Virus record (IMG/VR): IMGVR_UViG_3300028586_000750
DNA length: 64,000 nucleotides
Source of the DNA: a virus
Reading direction: 5' to 3' (one strand)
How positions within the stretch are numbered: position 1 is the first letter of the stretch; each line of letters starts with the position of its first letter. The notes under the pieces are model-generated. The model worked only from the letters and a program-made list of their open reading frames with translations, ran no database searches and was not told where the DNA came from. Positions 38,308 through 47,450 of the stretch are shown here, piece by piece. The position numbers and the translations under genes are program-made.

Positions 38308-38784
38308 TTACTCTACTGTTACGAAATGAGCAACAAGGTTTTCATCATAGAAAACAATCTTGTGACCATCGTAGCTATTAGGGCTATCAGTGAATTCGGA
38401 ATAAGGCCAGTTAGGATAGTTATTTGTTTTCTTGCAGAATTGTAAAACCCTTGTTTTGTAAGCAATTAGCTCTTGCTGCTTTTCTTCATCGTCAAAGAAA
38501 TAACTGGCTATTTCTGGGGTTTCAATAATTTCATCACGGAACCAGGCTAAATGGCCTACTAGTTTGGAGTATCCACTACGCCTTCCACCATTGGGGTAAG
38601 TATCATCCATTTCTTTTAACGTAGCAAGCAAGCCTTCTAGTAACTCTTCATCTTGACCTTTAGAGAACGGACCTACAACTACATCCTCATATCCGTCAGC
38701 ATCGCCAAGCATTGTACTTATAGTGACTTCAAAGGTGTTGGGCTTTTTCTCAGTTGGAATTACATCACCAATAACAAATTTCAT
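38308..38784 (-). CDS. Hypothetical protein (paralog of 33606-34088)
   Basis: Shared N- and C-terminal motifs. Confidence 0.75.
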   Translation of the reverse strand: MKFVIGDVIPTEKKPNTFEVTISTMLGDADGYEDVVVGPFSKGQDEELLEGLLATLKEMDDTYPNGGRRSGYSKLVGHLAWFRDEIIETPEIASYFFDDEEKQQELIAYKTRVLQFCKKTNNYPNWPYSEFTDSPNSYDGHKIVFYDENLVAHFVTVE

Positions 38785-39038
38785 TTCTTATCCTCAATTT
38801 GAGTACCATCATTAAATACAACGTCATAGCCAATGACAAATTCTAGAGAATTAGCAATCCAACGGATTTGCGCCATAGTAAGGTCAACCCCACCATGAAC
38901 ACACAAGTAGGTGTATTCTAAGGAGTAATCAAGCTTACGCGCTAACTCTTCAAGGGAAATTGGGGACTTCTCAAACTGCTCTTGGATGAGAGCTAATAGA
39001 GGGTCACCAGCGGCTAAGTTTTCTAAAGTTTTGGGCAT
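38781..39038 (-). CDS. XRE-like helix-turn-helix protein
   Basis: SLEELARKLDYS...G-x-x-DLTMAQIRWIANSL pattern; 4-nt overlap with the next gene. Confidence 0.6.
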   Translation of the reverse strand: MPKTLENLAAGDPLLALIQEQFEKSPISLEELARKLDYSLEYTYLCVHGGVDLTMAQIRWIANSLEFVIGYDVVFNDGTQIEDKK

Positions 39039-39300
39039 ACTATTCTGTCGTAAATGATGGGACTTGTGTATCTCTAGTATATCAGATTATGAACCCGAAT
39101 TCAAGCTTTATGCACACCCTAGATACACGCTCTAAGCCTTTCTGCGCCATTCTGAGCGCCTTGCACGGTATGAGCGCAAGGACGCCGGTACTTTACTGTG
39201 CAAAGGCTTAGAATAGCTTCTAGCATCGTTGTATTTTCGCAGGTAACCTGATAGTGTTAGTAACACTTAATTCTATTTTAGACGAAAGCAAGGTTATAAC

Positions 39301-39639
39301 ATGACTGTTCTTCTGCTTGACGATGAGCGTTCTTTCAAGAATGGACGCAGAAGCTTCGTTGCCCGCACTGTAGATAAGGCAATTGAACTGACGGACCCGT
39401 TGGATGAGCTTGATGAGCTTTGGTTGGACTATGTTCTAGCAGGATGGGCTTCCACTGACGAGTTCCTTTACCACCTTCTAAAGAGGAAGCGTGAAGGTAA
39501 CCCTTTGGTCCTAAAGACTGTGTACATTCACACTTCTTCCTTCTCGGCAGTTGAACTTCTTCAAAAGCTTCTTTCCGACCTAGAGGTTCCGGCAAAAGAC
39601 ATTATTGTTGTCAACTACAAAGATTACATGAACGACTAA
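39301..39639 (+). CDS. Cyclic-phosphate-processing receiver-like domain protein
   Basis: VLLLDDER...VART-x-x-x-AI...LWLDY-x-L pattern. Confidence 0.65.
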   Translation: MTVLLLDDERSFKNGRRSFVARTVDKAIELTDPLDELDELWLDYVLAGWASTDEFLYHLLKRKREGNPLVLKTVYIHTSSFSAVELLQKLLSDLEVPAKDIIVVNYKDYMND

Positions 39640-39653
39640 AAGGGAGAAACGAA

Positions 39654-39818
39654 ATGGCAACTTTCACGTCCAAAGAAAAAGCAATGAAAGTCATCTGGGA
39701 AGGTGAAGGCCACAAATGGGATGACCTTTACGAGTATCCCTATACTGACCATGAGCGTGAAGAAATTCTTACTCGCTTGAAGCTAACCGTAGAAAACTTG
39801 CAGAAACTCATTTCTTAA
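39654..39818 (+). CDS. Small hypothetical protein
   Basis: GGGAGAAACGAA-ATG; 54 aa. Confidence 0.6.
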   Translation: MATFTSKEKAMKVIWEGEGHKWDDLYEYPYTDHEREEILTRLKLTVENLQKLIS

Positions 39819-40093
39819 AAAGTGTGGCCTTACCAGAACTAACTGGTAAGGCCACACTTGGTTCCATCAAAAGTTTTTAAATACCAGCCAGCCTGAACAT
39901 GATGTGAAAGTACAGCTTTTATGATCTTTTGTTGAATTACATTTTTACATTAAAGCCTCGTTGAACGAGCACTGTTTACATGTCATTGGCTCACTAGTTT
40001 CCATCAAACTGCCAAAGTTTTTAATGGCTACTTCACAATAAAAGCGTAGTTTGAAAGAAGGATCTTTTCGGAACTACGCTTTCGTTGTTAAAG

Positions 40094-41788
40094 TTAACGT
40101 TGGGTCTTGTGAGTATTCGCGTGCTCTAAAAGCTCTGCTGCGTGAGCGCGACCAGTTTCACTGTTGCTCATACCAGATAGCATACGAGCTAATTCTTCAA
40201 GGCGGTCCTCTGTACTTAGCTGCGCAACGCTTGTTTCTGTGAATGTATCAGTGCTGCTCTTTTGTACACGCAAGTGGTTATCTGCATATGCTGCCACCTG
40301 AGGTAAGTGAGTGACAACAATTACTTGTGCTTCTGCTGCGAGGGAAGACAACCTTTTACCAATTTCAATAGCTGTAGCTCCACCAACTCCACTGTCTACC
40401 TCATCAAAAATGAACGTAGGCGTGATATCTGGGTTTGCTAGGACAACTTCTAAGGCAAGCATGATACGTGATAGTTCTCCACCGCTTGCTGCTTTATTGA
40501 TAGGACGAGCATTAGTTGCACCAGGCATTTTGAGCATGAAATTTACTTCATCTGCGCCTGTACTTGAAAAACTTCCTACGTTGATTTCAATGACTAGTTT
40601 GTTTCCAGCCATTGCTAGACCAGCGAGTTCTTTGTTCACTTCTTTGGATAGACGTGCTGCTGCTTCTGTCCTGATTTTTGTGACAATACCAGCATGTTCT
40701 TCAAGTTTTTTAGCTAGTTCAATAAATTGGCGATCTAGCTTCTCAACATTGTTTGCCTCAGGGTTGAGGTCTACTAGTTTTTCATCGCTTTTCTGCCAGT
40801 ATTCAATGACATCATCAAGGGTCACGCCATATTTTCTAACTAGGCGATTCAAATCAGCAAGACGTTCTTGGGCCTGGTTTAGACGGTAGATGCTGTCTCC
40901 ATCAATGTTGTCTAGGTAGCTGCTGAGAGCATCTTTAAGTTCTTGGGCTTCATCAAGGACAGTTTCAGCTTTGTCGGAAATCTTCTGCATTTCTGGGTCG
41001 TACTCTGCTGCACTTTGAAGAGCTTTGACTGCTACTACCAGTTGGGAAAAGACATTAGCTACTTCGTAATCTTCGGGGTCAATAGCTGCTAACGCTTCAA
41101 CTGCCGAATTTTTTAATGCATCCACGTTTGTTAGTGTTGCGATCTCTTGTTTAAGAAGATCATCTTCGTTGGGTGTTGGGTTTACTTCACTGATTTCAGC
41201 TACAGCTAAAGTCAAATCATCAAACTCTCGTTGACGAGCGGAGGCGTTAACTTTAACATCCTTGATAGTACGAGCTAGCTCTTTCCACTCTTGGTGAACT
41301 TCGCCGTATTTTTTTAATGCAGAAGTAAGCTTGTCTCCGGCATAGCGATCTAAAGCATCAAGCTGAGCAACGCTGCTTTTAAGACGAATTTGGTCTGACT
41401 GACCGTGAATGTTAACCAACCCGCCACCAATTTTTGCAAGAATGCTGGCTGGCGTAGTTTTTCCGCCTAATACTGCTCGGCTTTTGCCATCTGTGTTGAC
41501 GGTACGGTTAATGTACAACTGGTCATCTTCTACTACTGCGCCTGTTTCCAAAATGTCAGGCAATGAGTTTAATCCTGCGACGTTCCAACACCCTTCAATA
41601 GATGTGAACTCTTTACCGTGACGCACAATACTGGCGTCACTACGTTTACCTAGTAGCAACTGGACTGCGGTAAGCACCATTGTTTTACCTGCACCAGTTT
41701 CACCAGTGATAACGGTCAGCCCTTTCGTAAAAGGCAAACGGGTATGACTGATAACACCTAGGTTGTGAATTGAAATTTCTTCTAGCAT
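40094..41788 (-). CDS. recN: DNA repair protein RecN (SMC-like ATPase)
   Basis: TGETGAGKT Walker A, long coiled coil, ASGGELSR signature, IFDEVDSGVGG Walker B/D-loop, VTHLPQVAA H-loop; 564 aa. Confidence 0.93.
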   Translation of the reverse strand: MLEEISIHNLGVISHTRLPFTKGLTVITGETGAGKTMVLTAVQLLLGKRSDASIVRHGKEFTSIEGCWNVAGLNSLPDILETGAVVEDDQLYINRTVNTDGKSRAVLGGKTTPASILAKIGGGLVNIHGQSDQIRLKSSVAQLDALDRYAGDKLTSALKKYGEVHQEWKELARTIKDVKVNASARQREFDDLTLAVAEISEVNPTPNEDDLLKQEIATLTNVDALKNSAVEALAAIDPEDYEVANVFSQLVVAVKALQSAAEYDPEMQKISDKAETVLDEAQELKDALSSYLDNIDGDSIYRLNQAQERLADLNRLVRKYGVTLDDVIEYWQKSDEKLVDLNPEANNVEKLDRQFIELAKKLEEHAGIVTKIRTEAAARLSKEVNKELAGLAMAGNKLVIEINVGSFSSTGADEVNFMLKMPGATNARPINKAASGGELSRIMLALEVVLANPDITPTFIFDEVDSGVGGATAIEIGKRLSSLAAEAQVIVVTHLPQVAAYADNHLRVQKSSTDTFTETSVAQLSTEDRLEELARMLSGMSNSETGRAHAAELLEHANTHKTQR

Positions 41789-41907
41789 TTTCTTTTTCTG
41801 TCTCAGTAACTACATAAGTCTACCTTATAAATAGAAATGGGATAAGTTTTACTGTACCTCCGCGTTTTCCACGTTAACCAAAGTTTTTGATGCGTTAGAT
41901 ATAAAGC

Positions 41908-42642
41908 ATGTCTAGAAATATGCACAGAGCAGGCAGTGGTAAATTCACTGGCCAATGGGTAACATGCGATGCTGGCATTCAATGCAAGCTAGGTGGAACT
42001 CACACACAAGCTTCAACATTACAAGAAGCAAAAAGATGGGTTGGAAAGAAAAAAGCATCAGACGTAACCGAAGAAGATTATGCTAATTTCCTTCGTAGTA
42101 AAGTTTCTGAGGCAGCAACCACATCTACACCCGATCAAGCAACATCAGCTAAACCAGCAAATATGTCACAAGAAGACTACATCCGTTCTCTTCGTCAAAA
42201 ACTTGCTGACAAAACAAGAACTGAACAACATACTGTTCAAGCTACTGCTGCACTTAACGAACGCAAAGCACAGCGTGCATCCCAAATAGGTACTTCTCTT
42301 GACGAACGTAGGGCGCTTCGTGCTCAACGTAGAGACGAGCTACTTATGGGAGAAACCCGTGACGAAAAAGACCAACGTTATGCACGTGAAAATAATCTTG
42401 ACGGCTTAGTTCCTTTTGAACAGAACTTCTCAATCAGGACACGTTTACGTTGGAACGCTTTCCATGAAACAGCTATGGAAATGGGTGTACATATTCCTCT
42501 TGACACTGTTAAAGAAGCTGGACGCTATTTCGCACAAGGTGGACGTAACTTTGAGTTCAAGAATGTTCCTCTTCGTTTGAAGGCAGATAAAATGGATGAG
42601 TTCCTATTTAAGACACAAAACTTCATTCAAAAGATTGATTGA
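41908..42642 (+). CDS. Hypothetical protein with N-terminal C-x5-C-x5-H motif and a charged helical region
   Basis: WVTCDAGIQCKLGGTH near the N-terminus. Confidence 0.7.
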   Translation: MSRNMHRAGSGKFTGQWVTCDAGIQCKLGGTHTQASTLQEAKRWVGKKKASDVTEEDYANFLRSKVSEAATTSTPDQATSAKPANMSQEDYIRSLRQKLADKTRTEQHTVQATAALNERKAQRASQIGTSLDERRALRAQRRDELLMGETRDEKDQRYARENNLDGLVPFEQNFSIRTRLRWNAFHETAMEMGVHIPLDTVKEAGRYFAQGGRNFEFKNVPLRLKADKMDEFLFKTQNFIQKID

Positions 42643-42782
42643 TTTACCTCATTATACAAAAAGCGACGCTTAGTACATTTACTAAGCGTCGCTTTTTGTA
42701 TAAATGCTTTGAAATCCCCGATACTCTTCTGCGTATAGCAAATAATTAGAGGCTTTACTATCTGTATAAGGAGAGAGTTACA

Positions 42783-44102
42783 ATTTTTAATTTTAAAGCA
42801 GCCACAATTGCAGGCTTAGTAGCAGCATTGAGTTTAAGTTCAGCGTTACCAGCAATAGCGGCGGTAGAGACGAGCATTAATGTCAACGGTTCAGTGTTAT
42901 CAGGAGCCACATTAAACAGTAGTGTTTTTACTGTTGATGCTTCTACCCCTGCTGATACCGAAGACGTAAGATTTTATCTAGATGGCACGTACTTGGGAAA
43001 AGACAGTAGTGCGCCTTACTCTTGGCCAGTAAATACAACAGCAGGTAATCACGAATTAAAAATTCGTGTTGATGGGAAAACTAATTCTCGCGCAGAAGCA
43101 AAGTTTGTAGTTAAAGCAGGTTCTCCTGTAACACCTACTCCACAACCTTCCACTCCACCTGTTGTAACTCCACCCCCTACAGCGCCAACCCCAGTACCTG
43201 AACCTTCACAACCTGCACCTGGTAGCGCAGTTGTAAGCGTGTCCACAGCAGCGCAATTAGACACAGCCCTAAAAAATGCTACACCAGGGTCAACTATTTC
43301 ACTTGCAGATGGTAAATATGTAGGGAAGTTCATTGCTCCAAAAGATGGAACAAAAGACCAGCCTATTAATTTAGTGGGTTCTAGCAAAGCTGTTCTAACT
43401 ACAGATAGCCTTTCAAAAGGTTACGGCTTAAACATCACTGGTGATTACTGGAATGTCAAAGGAATTAGTGTAACAAAATCAGGTAAAGGTATTATGCTTG
43501 ACGGTTCTGTGGGTTCTGTAGTGGATAACGTTGACGTTGGAAACATTGGAGACGAAGGTGTTCATTTCCGCAAAAACAGTAGTGATGGAATAATCATGAA
43601 CTCAAAAATTCATGACACAGGTCTTGACTCACCTTCTTACGGTGAAGGCGTTTACATTGGAAGCGCAAAAAGTAACTGGGCTTCAATCATGGGTTCTTCT
43701 ACAACACCTGACAGAAGCGACCGCGTTGTAGTTAAAAACAACCAAATTTTTAACACAACCACAGAAGGTGTTGATGTTAAAGAAGGAACTGTTGATGGAA
43801 CAGTAACTGGTAACGTATTCACTAACTCTGGCTTCTCTGGTGCAAATTACGGCGACTCATGGGTTGACGTTAAAGGCAACAACTACACTATTTCTAATAA
43901 CAGTGGAAATGGAACTCTGTTGGATGCTTTCCAAGTTCACCAAGCTTTAGCTGGATGGGGAAACAACAACAAGTTCAGTAATAACAGCGCCACTGGTATT
44001 AAAGGTTACTTAGTCAGTGTACAAAAAGGCGTAACTGGCACTGTTGTATCTTGTCAAGACACGACAGCTAAATTGGGTCTGTCTAACGTTTCATGCTCAT
44101 AA
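42783..44102 (+). CDS. Exported protein: Ig-like domain, Pro/Thr linker, right-handed parallel beta-helix (polysaccharide lyase-like)
   Basis: VSTAAQL-x-x-AL-x-x-A-x-PG-x-x-I-x-LADG-x-Y opening and Asn/Gly-rich beta-helix repeats; signal peptide is complete only if the start is upstream of the track TTG at 42828 (ATT at 42783 after AAGGAG). Confidence 0.75.
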   Translation: MFNFKAATIAGLVAALSLSSALPAIAAVETSINVNGSVLSGATLNSSVFTVDASTPADTEDVRFYLDGTYLGKDSSAPYSWPVNTTAGNHELKIRVDGKTNSRAEAKFVVKAGSPVTPTPQPSTPPVVTPPPTAPTPVPEPSQPAPGSAVVSVSTAAQLDTALKNATPGSTISLADGKYVGKFIAPKDGTKDQPINLVGSSKAVLTTDSLSKGYGLNITGDYWNVKGISVTKSGKGIMLDGSVGSVVDNVDVGNIGDEGVHFRKNSSDGIIMNSKIHDTGLDSPSYGEGVYIGSAKSNWASIMGSSTTPDRSDRVVVKNNQIFNTTTEGVDVKEGTVDGTVTGNVFTNSGFSGANYGDSWVDVKGNNYTISNNSGNGTLLDAFQVHQALAGWGNNNKFSNNSATGIKGYLVSVQKGVTGTVVSCQDTTAKLGLSNVSCS

Positions 44103-44178
44103 TCAAACAATCCAATCTACGTAAAATTAATTGAAATGTTTGGTTGCAAAGCTGTTTAATCTATGCTATAGTAAATAT

Positions 44179-44348
44179 GTGTTCAGGAACGGGCCTGGGA
44201 GCTTATCGTAACAGACAGCAAATCCGAGGGCACGGCAGAGATAGCCGTAACACAAATCATTCTGGTGGATTTGACAGTTTAGCAATTGGAACTGTGACCT
44301 ATTTATTGAAGGGGTTCAGCACTGGTAATTCAGTGTTGGACCCCTTTA
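44179..44348 (+). ncRNA. Putative small non-coding RNA
   Basis: TTGCAA-17-TATAGT promoter (44144-44172), three internal hairpins, strong terminator at 44309-44346, no RBS-led ORF. Confidence 0.5.
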
Positions 44349-44424
44349 GTAATTCCCTGACTTAAAGCAATGGGAAAAGACAAGCGCCTCACCAGTTAAT
44401 TCTGGTGAGGCGCTTGTCTTTGTG

Positions 44425-44700
44425 TTACTGAGCGGCGATACGGGCAATCGTTGCAACGCTGCTGTAGACGTTACCAACTTCGCTGTAGCCACTTGCATGA
44501 CCCTCTTCAAAAGCATAACCGTAGATTGCGGCCTGAGCTTCATCAGAAAGATGAGCAACTTCATTTTCAGTGGCAAGCCAAAGCATCCACTTAGCCTCTA
44601 AAGCACCACGCTGCTCGTAGTAATCCTTACGACTAATGTTCTCTCGTGCGTAAACCTTGTCCAGTTCACGAACGCGCTGGACCAGTGTTTCGGTATCCAT
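44425..44700 (-). CDS. Hypothetical protein
   Basis: TAGGAG RBS; 91 aa. Confidence 0.7.
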   Translation of the reverse strand: MDTETLVQRVRELDKVYARENISRKDYYEQRGALEAKWMLWLATENEVAHLSDEAQAAIYGYAFEEGHASGYSEVGNVYSSVATIARIAAQ

Positions 44701-44885
44701 ATTTTTTTACTCCTAATTACTGAGGCTTGTTTTGTTCCTCATGTGTTTTGATTAATAATTACATCCTGTCATAAAATTACGTTAAAGTCAACCGTTTTCC
44801 ATGTAGCTTTCGTCAGTGGTTCGTGATACGCTATCCATATCAGGAAGCAAACGGTCTTCCTCCCCCCCAATCTACGGAGAACAAA

Positions 44886-45185
44886 ATGTCGCTTGAGCCT
44901 CGTTACCAGCACCACTCGCAGAAGACGCTTGACACCATTGCTGACCTTGACCGCTTGGAGCAGGTTGCCGCTGCCGCAGGTCACGGTTACGCTAGAATTC
45001 TAGTGGAGCACAACGCAGGATGGACCGAGGTTGCCATTGCACCTGAGAACAGCCGTCCCAACTACGACCTTCGCCACATCGCTGCTTTCTCCCCTGATGT
45101 CATCCAGGCTCTTCTTTTTGAGCTTAGCGAGTCTCGCAAGAAGCTTGCTGAGCTTGGTGAGAGCATCGTCATTCCTGCTCGCTAA
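44886..45185 (+). CDS. Hypothetical protein
   Basis: CGGAGAACAAA-ATG. Confidence 0.7.
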   Translation: MSLEPRYQHHSQKTLDTIADLDRLEQVAAAAGHGYARILVEHNAGWTEVAIAPENSRPNYDLRHIAAFSPDVIQALLFELSESRKKLAELGESIVIPAR

Positions 45186-45322
45186 TCTCACTTTAAGTGG
45201 TGCAACTTTACGTCTAGAAAAAGACGTAAAGTTGCACCACTTTTTAGTTGACGAATGACGATGGAGCATGTTAGGCTGTAATCAATTAGTTCGTAACCGC
45301 AAACATATTGTTAGGAAAACAC

Positions 45323-45559
45323 ATGTCAGACTTCGAACAGTTCCACCGTCACGGTATGCGTGAGGTCTTGAAGCGCAACATCGCCCGTCGTGAGGACATG
45401 GTGGTGTTCGCGGAAGAGCGCCTCGCCACGGCCAAGAGGCTCACCCTCGCTCCCGAGTTCCAGGCGCGAGCGGAAGAGCGCCTCGAAAACGCCAAGCAGC
45501 GCGTGGACGAGGCGAAGCAGGAACTCGCAGACTTCAAGGCCGCAGGTAAGGTGTCCTAA
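45323..45559 (+). CDS. Coiled-coil hypothetical protein
   Basis: TAGGAAAACAC-ATG; GC-rich relative to neighbours. Confidence 0.7.
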   Translation: MSDFEQFHRHGMREVLKRNIARREDMVVFAEERLATAKRLTLAPEFQARAEERLENAKQRVDEAKQELADFKAAGKVS

Positions 45560-45689
45560 AAAAGACATAAAGCAAAAGCCCCAGTAAATTATACTGGGGC
45601 TTTTGCTTTATGTTAAGCTATTGGGAAAAGACACCTTGCTTTTATTGCTTAAAAATGTTATGCTTAAAGTTCGTAAATAGGAGATTTAT

Positions 45690-46004
45690 ATGAGTTCAAC
45701 AGTAGGCTATGGGGTTGAAGTAGACCCCCAGAAATTTGACGGTGACGACCAATATCAGTTAGAGCTAGAGCAGCCTAACTTACAGGTTGTCGTTTCACGC
45801 GCAGAATATGGCGACGAAGAGCGAGTGTTCGTTATGGAGAAGAGCACTGTTCAGGAAGCCGGTAAAAGTTCTGGCACTGCAACACGTTTAGTATTTAGGC
45901 TCCCTGGTGGCACTGATAACCTTGATGTGTTTGTTTCTGCACATAAAGACGCAATTATTGACCAGCCCAACTGGTTCCTCGTAGACTATTACGTATACAG
46001 CTAA
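45690..46004 (+). CDS. Hypothetical protein
   Basis: TAGGAG RBS. Confidence 0.7.
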   Translation: MSSTVGYGVEVDPQKFDGDDQYQLELEQPNLQVVVSRAEYGDEERVFVMEKSTVQEAGKSSGTATRLVFRLPGGTDNLDVFVSAHKDAIIDQPNWFLVDYYVYS

Positions 46005-46016
46005 GGCTTAAAAACT

Positions 46017-46196
46017 ATGCCTATTGAAAGACCAGTAAAAGCACCTTACCGTAGTGAAGTTCACACAGCAGCTTGGGAAGCCTGGGATAAGCAAATTGAG
46101 AAGCTTGTTGCAGAAGGCGCTGACCGTAAACGTGTAGATACAACAATTCATCGTATGATGTTCATTGACGGTTTCATTAGCGGTTTAAACGCTTAA
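46017..46196 (+). CDS. Small hypothetical protein
   Basis: AAGG RBS; MPIEKPVKAPYRSEVH..., 59 aa. Confidence 0.6.
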   Translation: MPIERPVKAPYRSEVHTAAWEAWDKQIEKLVAEGADRKRVDTTIHRMMFIDGFISGLNA

Positions 46197-46247
46197 TCTA
46201 TACATCAAGTGGGGTATGTACTTATAGAGTATGTGCCCCACTTTTGC

Positions 46248-46276
46248 TTGACATTTCAGTGTTTTGATGCTAATAT
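46248..46276 (+). promoter_or_regulatory. Near-consensus promoter upstream of the tRNA-like RNA
   Basis: TTGACA-17-TAATAT. Confidence 0.8.
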
Positions 46277-46290
46277 TATAGTATAAGCAC

Positions 46291-46444
46291 AAGGTAGAAG
46301 CTTGATGGACGGTCAACCGGAGCTTTCCGTATGGGAAGGTTAGGCGCTTGCAAAAGTAGCTCGGCTAGCGGGGGCATTACTGTTCGGAAACTGGAAACGG
46401 TTCCTTACAAGTACGTCGCGTGGGTTCGATTCCCTCCTATCTTG
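46291..46444 (+). ncRNA. tRNA-Val(UAC)-like RNA with 91-nt branched D-loop
   Basis: Acceptor AAGGTAG/CTATCTT (extends to 10 bp), T-arm GTGGG-TTCGATT-CCCTC, CT-TAC-AA loop on a weak stem; insert closed by TGGACGGT/ACTGTTCG. Confidence 0.7.
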
Positions 46445-46479
46445 TGTTTTAACTTTTTAACCAACTCTAAGGGAACATT

Positions 46480-46689
46480 ATGAAACTCAATTTCAAGGAA
46501 TACCTCCACGGTGACAATACTTCATATGAGTTAGCTGAATGGATTTATTCACAAGTAAAAGATAAGTTTGAAGGCACTGAGGAAGACCTTCTTGCTCTCA
46601 TTGGAAACAACCGTCCTTTCTATGAAGTAGGACTAAACTGTGAGCTTGATACAGTTACAGGCGATATTCGTATTCTTGGTCTAGCATAA
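46480..46689 (+). CDS. Hypothetical protein
   Basis: AAGGGAACATT-ATG. Confidence 0.7.
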   Translation: MKLNFKEYLHGDNTSYELAEWIYSQVKDKFEGTEEDLLALIGNNRPFYEVGLNCELDTVTGDIRILGLA

Positions 46690-46809
46690 TAAAAGCTTTG
46701 GCTGTACGTAAACAACTACGTACAGCCAAAGCTTTTGGGAAAAGACATATAAAAATAGGGTGTTCTACCGAAAGTTGGTAGAACACCCTATTTGTTTAAA
46801 GCTTGGAGC

Positions 46810-47019
46810 TTAGAGGCTCGTCACCATGTCGTTGCGGTGGAAGGCATCCAGAACAGCCTGGTCGTCAGCGCCAGCGATGACACGCACGAACTCGTCAGAC
46901 CAACCAGTCATCACATCCCAAATGGCGTAGTAGTCAAACCCGTTCGCAGTCTCAGCAAGCTGGAACTCAAACGCGTTCGGAACAACGAGAATGGTCTTCT
47001 TCTCAGCGACAACAGACAT
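46810..47019 (-). CDS. Hypothetical protein
   Basis: TAGGAG RBS. Confidence 0.7.
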   Translation of the reverse strand: MSVVAEKKTILVVPNAFEFQLAETANGFDYYAIWDVMTGWSDEFVRVIAGADDQAVLDAFHRNDMVTSL

Positions 47020-47222
47020 TTTCTAACTCCTAGAACTTTGTGTGTAACCAGCAGGTGTTCCCGGTGGCTTATGACTAAACCTTATCACGCTCAAAACACA
47101 CATGCAACACCAGAAAGAACTTTTTCTAGAAAAATCTTTTTGGGCATTTACGTTGCATGTAAACCCGCATCCTGCTAGAGTACAAGTATCAAGTTATTCC
47201 CCCTTCTTCTTTGAGAGAGAAA

Positions 47223-47450
47223 ATGACTACCACTACGAAGACCACCACTCGTTACATGTACACGGTTTCTGATTGGGTAGCTGGTCAGCCTGAGCGTGAT
47301 GCTCGTGAGGCAGAGTACCAAGCAGAGAGCGCTGCGCGTGAAGCAAAGTACCAAGCAGAGCGCGTTGCGCGTGAAGCAAAGTACCAAGCAGAGCGCGCTG
47401 CTCGTAAGGCAAGGTACCAAGCAGAGCGCTCTGCACGTCTTGCAGAATAG
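47223..47450 (+). CDS. Small protein with four 11-aa AREAKYQAERx repeats
   Basis: Four 33-nt tandem units at 47301-47432. Confidence 0.75.
   Translation: MTTTTKTTTRYMYTVSDWVAGQPERDAREAEYQAESAAREAKYQAERVAREAKYQAERAARKARYQAERSARLAE

Noticed and set aside
30550-46444. Annotating the tRNA-like elements as ordinary functional tRNAs
   Set aside because: Three lack a 7-nt anticodon loop, the fourth has a weak anticodon stem and a 91-nt D-loop, and none encodes CCA.
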